A DNA stretch of 64,000 nucleotides from a virus: positions 2,897-66,896 of the IMG/VR virus record IMGVR_UViG_3300046170_000274; one strand, given 5' to 3'. A program made the position numbers and the translations under genes. Positions 1 through 9,674 of this stretch are shown piece after piece. Numbering within the stretch: position 1 is the stretch's first letter; the number at the start of each line of letters is the position of its first letter. Below the pieces are notes generated by a model that was not told the DNA's origin, did not search any database, and saw only the letters and a program-made list of their open reading frames with translations.

Positions 1-339
1 ATACCGTTTAATAAAGATGAAGGCATCAGAGCCATAGCTGCTGATTCAGAAGAAGGTAAAGAAATTACAAAAGGTATATTAGATTTAGCAGATAGATCTA
101 GTGGAGAAAATATTGTTACACTTGCGGATCCTGTATTAGATGCCATTACAGCAATTAAAGCTTTAGAACCTATGGATGCTATGAAAGAAGCAAACTTAGT
201 TGCAGGTAAACAAGGTAAGTATGCAAACTTATCTGATGAACAAGGTAAACAAAATTATAGAAGATACTAACGATCATATCTTTGAAAGAGATCCTATCGA
301 ACCAGAAGACTTTGCAGAAGGTGGACGTGTTAATTTTAA
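1..339 (+). repeat. Wrap-around repeat block 1, copy A (copy B at 60637-60975)
   Basis: By-eye alignment: about 13 substitutions (about 8 synonymous) and 2 single-base indels in ~339 nt; identity ends after ggtggacgtgttaattttaa. Confidence 0.95.
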
Positions 340-1585
340 AGATGGTGGAAGAACAAATTTTTTTAAAGGAGCACAAGCAGATACTAAAAAAGGTAAATCT
401 ATGTCACCAGGAACTTCTGCTAAAGGAGTAGGTAGACAAGATAGAGATTCTCAATACACAGGTGGAGGATATGATTCTTCAAAAAATAAATCAGGAAGAA
501 CAACTACAACAAGCGGAGAAGGTGGAGGAAGTGGTTATACACCAACTTCAGAACCACAAAATATTGATAACAAATTAGTAGCCGAAACAGGTGTTATAGA
601 AAAACAATTAGAAAAAAAATTAAAAAGCTTAATACCAGCAGATTTAAATAAAGATGAAGAAGCTTTATTTCTTATGAACTTAAAAGAAAAATATTTTCCT
701 ACAAAAAGAATTAATGATCCATTTTTTAGAAATACTCAAATTAAAGACAAAGAAATTAATTTACTAGATACTAATCTTTTAGATTTTAAATTAAAACATC
801 CAAACATAAGTATTGAAAACGAATCAGGTTTTATTGATAGAGACAAACTAAAAACAGTAATTGATAATGCACAAATTGTTGGAGATGCATCTTTGTTAAA
901 TGACACATTACAGTTATCTAGAAATCTAGATACTATGGGATCAGGTATAACAGAAATTAATTATACTCCTAATGAGTATCTTAATTTAACCAGTTCTAAT
1001 GTTGAAGATAGAAACTATGATATTACAGGAAAACTTCCAATAGGTCCTTTTGATTTATCTACACAATTAAATTATATGGATAATGAACTTTTAAATAAAA
1101 CCGACAGAATTAATTACGATCAAGATGGTGTAAAAGGTTCTTATGTAGCCGATAAAGATTCTGTAAGACGTAATTTAGATTTAGATAAAAATTATAATAT
1201 AGGTAATTTTGATTTTAGTTTAAAAGGAGGATATGATGATGTTAAATATGATGACGGATATTCTAGATATAGTTCTACTTTAACTCCTAAAATATCTTAC
1301 TCTAATAATATTGGAGATGGCATATTTAAAACAAGTGTTGCAAAAGAACTAATAGAGGGAGGTCAAGTTCCCAATTTAAGTTTCTCTGGTTCTTATCCTG
1401 TAATGGGTGGAGAGCTCACAGGAAATTTTACTAATGTATTAAGTGATGACATGGGTAGTACCATAGGATATGATTATTCCAAAGGTTTACCAGGAAGTAA
1501 TAATTATTTAGAATTTAAAGCAAGAACAGATCCTTTTAACTTAAGAGACTCTGCTTTATTTTTTGGACTTAGAAAGGAAATTTAA
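1..1585 (+). CDS. Putative virion cargo protein A, allele 1 (5' part missing, indel near 243); C-terminal beta-strand-rich module
   Basis: Continuation of the gene starting at 59475; FAEGGRVNFKDGG motif followed by a ~400-aa allele-specific region. Confidence 0.7.
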
Positions 1586-1727
1586 TGGCTTACATATTTG
1601 ATCCAATACGAAACACATTTGTAGATGATGAAGATACAAGTCTTGGTAACAAACTTGCATTAAACGATAACGATGAGTTAGATAAAGCGATTAGACAGCT
1701 CGATGAGCAGTTTGGTCCAGGCACCGT
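1583..1727 (+). repeat. Wrap-around repeat block 2, copy A (copy B at 61915-62054)
   Basis: taatggcttacatatttgatcc...ttaaacgata near-identical in both copies, then gagcagtt(t/c)ggtccaggcaccgtg. Confidence 0.9.
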
Positions 1728-4700
1728 GCAGGAAGGTACAGAAGGTATACCAACCCCTCCTAAAACTATCGAGAGAGATATGTTTAAAAATGCGTTTAAA
1801 GAAAGCGCAGCAGATGGTGGTATGATTGGTGGTGGAACTATAGTCGGTCAAGATATGGGTAATAGAACTGGGTTTGTTGATCCCAAACTTATAATAGGTG
1901 GTTCAAGAACACCTCCACAGTTTAAAGGTATGTTTGGAGTAAGAACAAGTTTAACCGTTCCTGAAAATACACAAGGCTATTTAGGAATGAGTGGTGAACA
2001 GGCTGTATTTGCAACAGAAACAGATGCTCAAAGATTTATAGATGAGGACATACAAAAATTAAATAAAATTGCACAAGAAAATAAAAAAAGAAGTCCTGTT
2101 ATAGAAAAAAGATTAGAAGACATAAGAGAGTATGTTAAAAATTTAAAAGCTTCTGGATCAAAAAAAATATATTTAGATGATATCATAGATAACTTTATAG
2201 GTTCTAAAACTGTTTTTGGAACTGGTAGATATCAAGATGATCAAACAGAAATTAAATCAAGAGTTTCTATAAGAGATAATATTAGAGAAGCTTTAGGTGA
2301 TAAAGAATATAACAAGTTAGAAAAAGGACCTGGAGGAGATAGAAGAATTGTAGATGAGAAAAAAGTTAAATTTAATAAATTAGTACAAGACGTAAATAGA
2401 GGTGATTTACCTATATTAGAATTGGGATCTGAAGCAAGAGGAACAACAACTAATATTAAACAATATCTAACAGCTAATAATAAAAAAAGATTTGATAAGC
2501 TACTTTCTAAATTAAGAGCAATAAACTCTAGATTATCTCAACCACGATCTATTTATACCGATGCAGATCTTGATACAATTTCTAAAACTACTACAAAAAC
2601 ATTTAATAAAATGACAAAAGATTTTCCTAGCGCTATTGAGTCTAGAACTTTAGTATTTAAAGGTGGCACAAGATTTTATGATGCTAAAAGTTACGCTCTT
2701 GCTTTGATTGGAAGACATGTTGAACAAGGAGGTAAACTTTACAAACATGTGGGTGGTGACACTATGAAAGATGTAAAATTTAGAAACACAAAAACTAATA
2801 AATTAATTACTATTAGAAATATGGATTTAAATAGCCCAGAGTTTAAAGAAGTTACTAAAGTTTATAATGAATTTGAAAAATTAAAAAACAGTCAAATAGA
2901 TAATCCATTAACCGGTGAAAAAATTTCGCTTAACAATGCTATAAAAGAAGGTTCAGGTGGAAAAGATTATATAATAATAGATCATACAAAAGGTATTAAA
3001 AAAAGTCCTTTAAAAAATTTAATTATTACTACTCAAAAACAAAACATAGGTTTTGAATTAGCAGGATTAAGTGACCAAGATAAAAAAAGATTTTATAGAG
3101 AAAAAGTAGATTTTGATACTAACTTAGATAGATTTACTAAATATGGTCAAAGACTTTTAACAAAAGGTAATTACAAAAAACCTACAGAAACTGTTGAAGA
3201 ATCAAGATCATTATTAGATAAAATAAAAAGTGGCGCCTCATCTATTAAAAACAAAATGGATGCTACTAAAATGCTTTCGAGTAAAATACCCGGTGGAGCT
3301 ATTGCATTAACTCCTCTTGATTTTACAATGAGCATGGCTTCAGGAATGCCTTTAGCAGAATCATTAGCTAGTGCTGGATCTTATTTAATTAAAGATCCAT
3401 ACTTAGGAAGAGCTGTTAATGTGCCTTTAGCAATAGCACAAGATATGCAAGATCCAGAACAAGCTTTAGCAAAAGGAATTGAACGTGGAGAAAAAGCAGA
3501 AGCTTTCTTACAAGATTTAGTAAGTGGTTTAAAAGAAGGTGCCGGTGATCAACCTGATATAGATCCTTTTCAAGCAGCAGAAGGTGGCCGTGCAGGATAT
3601 AAAACAGGTGGTGGTGTAGAAATTACTCCAATGCCAAGAGTAGATTTCAATGGCGGTGGTGCAGTTGGTGCTGATGATGACTTTGCAAAAGAACTAGAAT
3701 ATTTTTTATTGAACCCAGAAGCTGAATTACCAAAAGCAGATAGCTACAGAGAAACCATGAACCCTGTTGCGTTATTAAATGACATGATCGATCCAAGAAA
3801 CTACGCATACTACGCAGATAGATTAGCAGAGACTGGTATTAGAGTTGGTGAGTTTGGTGCAAGAGTATTACCTGCACTTGGTCAGTTGACCGCGGATCTT
3901 ATACAAAGACCTGCGTTCAAAGTTACAGGCGGCACGGGTCAAGGTTATGTTCAAGACTACACAGATATAATGCCATCTAATATTAAAGGTACAGGAATCT
4001 TTACTGAGTTCTTAGATAACTTAGTTGGAACAGAAGGTACAAAAGTTATTACAGAAAAAACAGGATTAAAAAGTTTAATTGAATCTGAAGAACAAAAACA
4101 AAAAGATAGAAGATCAACTATTGGTCCTAAAGTATTAGCAGACCAAGTAACTCTTGGTGCAGAACTTACAGCACCTATATTTCCTGGTTTAAAATTATTA
4201 AAAGCTTATGCTAAAAATAGAAAGCTACCGGTTAATGATACGACAAAAGAAATTTTAAACAAAGAAATTGATGAAGTGTTATCAGCACAAAATTTAACAC
4301 GTAGAGATTTTTTAAAAGCAACAGGTGCAGGTGGTACAATTATTCTTGCTAAGATGTTAGGCTTTGGAGATGAACTTGCAACTACAACTAAGGTTGCAGA
4401 AAAAGTTGCAAAAGACACAGTAGGTGGAACTTACCCTCCTCCGTATTTTTTTAAACTAGTAGAAAAAATTAGATTTATGGGAGACGACATAACTGAAAAA
4501 GCTGCAACACAAGATAGACAAGTTGTTAAAAAATATAAAGATTATGAAATGAGTGAAGATGCTGCAACAGGAGAAATTACAATTTTAAAAAGAAATGAAG
4601 GATCTTTTTATGATCAAGATGGTATACTATCTGAAGAATATATAGTTTATAAACCAGGTATAGCTGATGAGACAACAAAAGGCACTCCTCCTCCTGAATA

Positions 4701-4824
4701 TGAAGAGTTTACATTAAGACCAGATGGTGAGGGTAAATTAAAAGATTCTGAAGATGGCCTAGATAGCATAGAAGAAATTTTAGAAGAAGTAGGTGACCCT
4801 GATTCTTTAACACTTAAAAAATGA
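1585..4824 (+). CDS. Putative virion cargo protein B, allele 1 (1079 aa), with central HNH-like module and internal twin-arginine-like motif
   Basis: Intact ORF; AADGG and AAEGG motifs; IIIDH...NLIITTQKQN; LTRRDFLKATGAGG. Confidence 0.7.
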   Translation: MAYIFDPIRNTFVDDEDTSLGNKLALNDNDELDKAIRQLDEQFGPGTVQEGTEGIPTPPKTIERDMFKNAFKESAADGGMIGGGTIVGQDMGNRTGFVDPKLIIGGSRTPPQFKGMFGVRTSLTVPENTQGYLGMSGEQAVFATETDAQRFIDEDIQKLNKIAQENKKRSPVIEKRLEDIREYVKNLKASGSKKIYLDDIIDNFIGSKTVFGTGRYQDDQTEIKSRVSIRDNIREALGDKEYNKLEKGPGGDRRIVDEKKVKFNKLVQDVNRGDLPILELGSEARGTTTNIKQYLTANNKKRFDKLLSKLRAINSRLSQPRSIYTDADLDTISKTTTKTFNKMTKDFPSAIESRTLVFKGGTRFYDAKSYALALIGRHVEQGGKLYKHVGGDTMKDVKFRNTKTNKLITIRNMDLNSPEFKEVTKVYNEFEKLKNSQIDNPLTGEKISLNNAIKEGSGGKDYIIIDHTKGIKKSPLKNLIITTQKQNIGFELAGLSDQDKKRFYREKVDFDTNLDRFTKYGQRLLTKGNYKKPTETVEESRSLLDKIKSGASSIKNKMDATKMLSSKIPGGAIALTPLDFTMSMASGMPLAESLASAGSYLIKDPYLGRAVNVPLAIAQDMQDPEQALAKGIERGEKAEAFLQDLVSGLKEGAGDQPDIDPFQAAEGGRAGYKTGGGVEITPMPRVDFNGGGAVGADDDFAKELEYFLLNPEAELPKADSYRETMNPVALLNDMIDPRNYAYYADRLAETGIRVGEFGARVLPALGQLTADLIQRPAFKVTGGTGQGYVQDYTDIMPSNIKGTGIFTEFLDNLVGTEGTKVITEKTGLKSLIESEEQKQKDRRSTIGPKVLADQVTLGAELTAPIFPGLKLLKAYAKNRKLPVNDTTKEILNKEIDEVLSAQNLTRRDFLKATGAGGTIILAKMLGFGDELATTTKVAEKVAKDTVGGTYPPPYFFKLVEKIRFMGDDITEKAATQDRQVVKKYKDYEMSEDAATGEITILKRNEGSFYDQDGILSEEYIVYKPGIADETTKGTPPPEYEEFTLRPDGEGKLKDSEDGLDSIEEILEEVGDPDSLTLKK

Positions 4825-4979
4825 AAAAATTAACTAAAACAATACCACCTAAAAGAGGTCCTAATCCACAGGGGTTGAATATTCCTCTAAAACAAGTTAA
4901 AGTGTCAAATACACAGGAGAAAATAAATGGCAGACATAGACAAGTCTTTACCAAACGTAAAGACATCAATAACGGTTGA
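4821..4979 (+). CDS. Small basic peptide (MKKLTKTIPPKRGPNPQGL...), 52 aa
   Basis: ATG overlaps the upstream stop (ATGA); manual translation; below ORF-track cutoff. Confidence 0.5.
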   Translation: MKKLTKTIPPKRGPNPQGLNIPLKQVKVSNTQEKINGRHRQVFTKRKDINNG

Positions 4980-7364
4980 TCCCGAAGAAGAAATAGAAAT
5001 TGCAGAACAGAAGGAAATAGAAGCTTCTGAAGAACCTGTAGAGGTTAACCCTCAAGAAGATGGTAGTGTAGAAATTAATTTTGATCCAAGCAAAGTAAAC
5101 ATTGAAGGTCAACAAGGACATTTTGATAACTTAGCAGAATTATTACCTGAAGATATTTTAGATCCAATAGGAAGTGAGTTAGTTGAAAACTATATGGACT
5201 ACAAAGCATCAAGAAAAGATTGGGAACAATCTTACACAACAGGTTTAGAATTACTTGGTTTTAAATATGAAAACAGATCAGAACCTTTTCAAGGAGCTAG
5301 TGGTGCAACTCACCCAGTTCTTAGCTGAAGCTGTTACACAGTTTCAAGCGGGAGCTTACAAAGAATTATTACCAGCAGAAGGACCTGTTAGAACTCAAAT
5401 AGTAGGTAACTCAGATCAAAATAAAGAAGCTCAAGCACAACGTGTTAAAGATTACATGAACTATGAGTTAATGGAAAAAATGAATGAGTATGAACCAGAG
5501 TTTGATCAAATGTTATTTCACTTACCATTAGCTGGATCTACATTTAAAAAAGTTTATTATGACGATTTACTAGGACGAGCTGTTTCAAAGTTTGTTCCAG
5601 CAGATGATTTAGTCGTTCCGTATTCTGCTACCTCATTAGAGGATGCGGAAGCGATTATTCAAACAATTAAAATATCAGAAAATGATTTACGTAAACAACA
5701 AGTAGCTGGTTTCTACAGTGACATTGAATTACAAAAACCACAAAGTATTTCAAAAGACGAAATAGAAAATAAAGAGAGAGAATTAGAAGGAACTAAAAAA
5801 ACAGGTAAGCAAGAAAATATTTATACTTTATTAGAATGTCATGTTAATTTAGATTTAGAAGGATTTGAAGATAAAGACCAAGAGTTAAATGAAACAGGAA
5901 TTAAGTTACCGTATATTGTAACTATTGATGAATCATCTAGACAAGTTTTATCTATCAGAAGAAACTTTGAACCAACAGACCCAAAGAAAAATAAAATACA
6001 ATATTTTGTACATTTTAAATTCTTACCAGGTTTAGGTTTTTATGGTTTTCGGTCTAATCCACATGATAGGTGGACTGTCTAGAACAGCGACCGCAGCTTT
6101 GAGACAGTTATTGGATGCGGGAACGTTATCTAATCTGCCAGCTGGATTTAAACAACGTGGAATAAGAGTTAGAGATGAAGCAGCACCATTACAACCAGGT
6201 GAATTTAGAGATGTAGATGCTCCAGGTGGTAATTTAAGAGATGCTTTTATGACTCTTCCTTACAAAGAGCCATCAGGAACGTTATTACAATTAATGGGAA
6301 TAGTTGTACAAGCTGGTCAGAGATTTGCAGCTATTGCTGATATGCAAGTGGGTGAGGGTAACCAAGGCGCTGCAGTAGGAACTACTGTTGCACTTCTTGA
6401 ACGTGGTTCACGTGTTATGTCTGCAATACATAAAAGATTATATTCAGGTATGAAACAAGAATTCAAATTATTATCTAAAGTATTCAAAACATATTTACCA
6501 CCTGTTTATCCTTTTGATGTAGTAGGTGGCAGAAGAGAAATTAAACAAATGGATTTTGATGACAAAGTAGATATTTTACCTGTTGCAGATCCAAACATTT
6601 TTTCTATGGCGCAAAGAATTTCTATGGCACAAACTGAATTGCAACTTGCAACATCACAGCCACAACTGCATAATTTATATGCAGCTTATAGAAAAATGTA
6701 TGAAGCATTGGGTATTAAAAATATTGATCAAATATTACCACCTCCTGCACCAGTTCAACCAATAGATCCAAGTTTAGAACACATAAATGCTTTGGGTGGA
6801 AAACCTTTTCAAGCTTTTCGTGGACAAGACCACACTGCACACATAACTGCACACTTAACTTTTATGTCAACTAATATGGTTAGAAATAATCCTGCTATTA
6901 TGGCATCAATTCAAAAAAATATTCTTGAACATATTAGTCTAATGGCACAAGAACAAGTAGAATTAGAGTTTGCAGAGCCATTACAACAAATGCAAATGCT
7001 TCAAATACAAGCTCAACAAGATCCACAAGCTAAACAACAGCTTCAACAGTTGTCAGAACAGATAGAAGCAAGAAAAGCAGTGTTAGTTGCAGAGCTAACA
7101 GGCGATTTTGCTAAAGAAGAAAAAGAAATTACGTCTCAATTTGACTCTGATCCACTTTTAAAACTAAAATCTAGAGAAGTTGATCTAAGAGCAATGGAAA
7201 ATGAACGTAAAAAAGAAGCTGATGAAGCAAAAGCTGACCTAGATAGAGCAAAATTAGTTCAAGCTAGAGAAATTTTTGACGATAAGCTTGAACAAAACCA
7301 AGATTTAGCAGAATTAAGAGCTGGAGTAAGTCTTGCAAAAAAAAATAATACTAATATAAATTAA
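4927..7364 (+). CDS. Portal protein (split by two apparent sequencing indels near 5320 and 6050)
   Basis: Three overlapping ORFs join into ~810 aa with portal-like motifs (EPFQGASGATHP, LPLAGSTFKKVYYD, FLPGLGFYG, LLDAGTLSNLP); lies between terL and capsid genes. Confidence 0.85.
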
Positions 7365-7378
7365 TAAAGGTAAAAAAT

Positions 7379-7558
7379 ATGATAAATTACAAAAAAACAA
7401 AAGAAGTTAGCATTCCTGAACAAAATGTAGAGATAGATCCTAGATCTAAGACTACAGCTGATGGTGCATTTAACTATATTCCTACTGGAGACAAGGAAAA
7501 AGTTAGAGGACAAAAAAGAATGTTAGCTGAAAAGAAAAAACCAGCTACTTGGTACTAA
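7379..7558 (+). CDS. Hypothetical protein, 59 aa (MINYKKTKEV...KKPATWY)
   Basis: Manual translation; AAAGG RBS; fills an intergenic gap. Confidence 0.6.
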   Translation: MINYKKTKEVSIPEQNVEIDPRSKTTADGAFNYIPTGDKEKVRGQKRMLAEKKKPATWY

Positions 7559-7561
7559 ATT

Positions 7562-7948
7562 ATGTGGTTATCGGCAATTAAACTAGCCGTTTCTGCTGGT
7601 AGTAAAATTTATGCTAACAAGCAGAAGACGAAAATGGCAATGAGTGAAGCACAACTCATGCACGCTACAAAAATGGCCGAAGGTCAGGAAGCTTACCAAG
7701 GAAAACTTTTAGAAGCCCGTCAATCGGACTGGAAAGACGAGGCGGTTTTGATAATTTTAAGTTTGCCCGTGTTGGTGCTCGCTTGGGCAGTGATATCGGA
7801 TGACCCAACAGCGATGGACAAGGTAAAATTGTTTTTCGATATGTTCTCGCAGCTCCCGTCATGGTTCACAAATCTTTGGATCCTTGTCGTGGCGTCGATA
7901 TATGGTATAAAGGGTACACAAATTTTTCGTAACGGAGGAAAAAAATAA
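7562..7948 (+). CDS. Membrane protein, holin-like
   Basis: SDWKDE followed by two hydrophobic helices and a basic C-terminus, a pattern seen in 3TM-type phage holins. Confidence 0.5.
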   Translation: MWLSAIKLAVSAGSKIYANKQKTKMAMSEAQLMHATKMAEGQEAYQGKLLEARQSDWKDEAVLIILSLPVLVLAWAVISDDPTAMDKVKLFFDMFSQLPSWFTNLWILVVASIYGIKGTQIFRNGGKK

Positions 7949-8151
7949 TGAGAAAAAAAATGATGGGTGGCGGAATGTCAAACAGAGTAATGTATAAAGC
8001 AGGTTCTTCAAATCCAAAAGTAAGTAAAGCTGTTAAGAAAAAAATTAAAAAGAAAAGTAAATTTCCAGATCATTCTGGTGATGGTAAAATTACTCAGAAA
8101 GATATTTTAATGGCTAAAGGTGTAATTCCAAAAACTAAGAGTAAAGCATAA
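7948..8151 (+). CDS. Small Lys-rich protein with an EF-hand-like loop
   Basis: PDHSGDGKITQKDIL; MMGGG...RVMYKAG motif. Confidence 0.65.
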   Translation: MRKKMMGGGMSNRVMYKAGSSNPKVSKAVKKKIKKKSKFPDHSGDGKITQKDILMAKGVIPKTKSKA

Positions 8152-8360
8152 TGGCAAAACTTTGTGCAAAAGGAAAAGCAGCAGCGAAGCGTAAATTTAA
8201 AGTTTATCCTTCGGCGTACGCAAACATGTATGCATCAGGAGTTTGTTCAGGTAAAATAACACCAGGCGGTAAAAAAAATAAAAAAGCTTCTGGTGGTTTG
8301 ATGAAACAAGAATTTCGTGTAGGTGGATTAGCTAGACGAAAGAGAATGAGCTGTGCGTAG
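8151..8360 (+). CDS. Small basic phage protein
   Basis: AAKRKFKVYPSAYAN; ASGG motif; translationally coupled to neighbours. Confidence 0.65.
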   Translation: MAKLCAKGKAAAKRKFKVYPSAYANMYASGVCSGKITPGGKKNKKASGGLMKQEFRVGGLARRKRMSCA

Positions 8361-8610
8361 AAATTTTTCAGATGGAGGTGGATTAAGAAAATGGGTAGCC
8401 GAGAAATGGGTAGACATTGGAGCACCGAAGAAAGACGGCAAGTATCAACCTTGCGGGAGAAGCAAAGGCTCGAAGAGGAAATATCCAAAATGCGTCCCAC
8501 TTGCAAAAGCCACACGGATGACAAAAGGGCAAAAGGCGAGTGCTGTCAAACGAAAACGAGCAGCCGGTAATCCTGGCGGTAAACCAACTAACGTAAAAAC
8601 ATTTGCATAA
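8353..8610 (+). CDS. Small basic phage protein
   Basis: LRKWVAEKWVDI...CGR...YPKCVP; RRNFSDGG motif. Confidence 0.65.
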   Translation: MRRNFSDGGGLRKWVAEKWVDIGAPKKDGKYQPCGRSKGSKRKYPKCVPLAKATRMTKGQKASAVKRKRAAGNPGGKPTNVKTFA

Positions 8611-8765
8611 TGAACTTAGAAAAAGATTTACAAAGATTAAAAAAAGAAAAACAGATGAAAGAATCTGCTATCGCACAACTTAGAAAAAGAAGCAAAGATT
8701 CTAATGCTAGACCTAGAGCAGAAAAAAATATACTATCTAACAACCCAAATTTACAAAAAATATAA
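8610..8765 (+). CDS. Small basic hypothetical protein, 51 aa
   Basis: Manual translation MNLEKDLQRL...NLQKI; TAATG coupling at both ends. Confidence 0.55.
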   Translation: MNLEKDLQRLKKEKQMKESAIAQLRKRSKDSNARPRAEKNILSNNPNLQKI

Positions 8766-9061
8766 TGAGAAAAAAAGAAAACCCTATTAGAAAAACTACT
8801 ACAGGTAAGGGTGCAAATTATAGAAAAACAAAATCTGGAGCTGGAATGACAGCAAAAGGTGTAAGAGCTTACAGGGCAGCAAACCCTGGAAGTAAATTAA
8901 AAACAGCCGTGACTGGTAAAGTGAAGCCAGGATCAAAAGCTGCTAATCGTAGGAAGTCATACTGCGCAAGATCACTTGGACAATTAAAAAGGTCATCAGC
9001 AAAAACACGTAACGATCCTAACTCACGAATACGACAAGCACGGAGAAGATGGAAATGTTAA
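8765..9061 (+). CDS. Small Arg/Lys-rich phage protein
   Basis: RRKSYCARS...NSRIRQARRRWKC. Confidence 0.65.
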   Translation: MRKKENPIRKTTTGKGANYRKTKSGAGMTAKGVRAYRAANPGSKLKTAVTGKVKPGSKAANRRKSYCARSLGQLKRSSAKTRNDPNSRIRQARRRWKC

Positions 9062-9286
9062 ATGCAATTAGAAACGGTAATCAATAAAACTTTAAGATTC
9101 CTAGATTCAAAAATAGAATCATTATCAATATCTGTAACGTCCGGTGGTGTTGACAATATGGAAAATTACAAGTATATAATAGGACAAATCAATGCACTGG
9201 AATCAGTGCGTCAGGAAATCTCTAACCTGCTAAACGATAAGGAGCACAATGAAGGAACAGTCATCGATATTAACACCAAACAATGA
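9062..9286 (+). CDS. Hypothetical protein
   Basis: ORF directly before groES; YKYIIGQINAL. Confidence 0.6.
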   Translation: MQLETVINKTLRFLDSKIESLSISVTSGGVDNMENYKYIIGQINALESVRQEISNLLNDKEHNEGTVIDINTKQ

Positions 9287-9656
9287 TCTTATTGGTGTAA
9301 AAAAATCAGAGAAAAAAGAAGAAGGAAAAATTCCTAAACCTACGGGTTGGAGAATAATGGTTTTACCTTTCAAGATGAAAGATAAAACTAAAGGTGGATT
9401 AGTATTAGCCGAAACTACTTTAGAAAAGCAACAAGTTGCTTCTCAATGTGGTTTGGTTTTAGCTATGGGCCCACAATGTTATAAGGATAAGGAGAGATAT
9501 CCTGAAGGCCCGTGGTGCAAGGTCAATGATTGGGTAATGTTTGCACGTTACGCCGGATCAAGGATCAAGATAGATGGTGGGGAAATTCGTCTGCTAAACG
9601 ACGATGAAGTGTTAGCAACAATCGATAGTCCAGAGGACATCTTGCATGAGTTCTAA
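9249..9656 (+). CDS. groES: Co-chaperonin GroES-like (Cpn10)
   Basis: PTGWRIMV...KTKGGLVL...VLAMGP...WVMFARYAG...LLNDDEVLA. Confidence 0.9.
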   Translation: MKEQSSILTPNNDLIGVKKSEKKEEGKIPKPTGWRIMVLPFKMKDKTKGGLVLAETTLEKQQVASQCGLVLAMGPQCYKDKERYPEGPWCKVNDWVMFARYAGSRIKIDGGEIRLLNDDEVLATIDSPEDILHEF

Positions 9657-9674
9657 ACATAGGAAGGAGTAACT

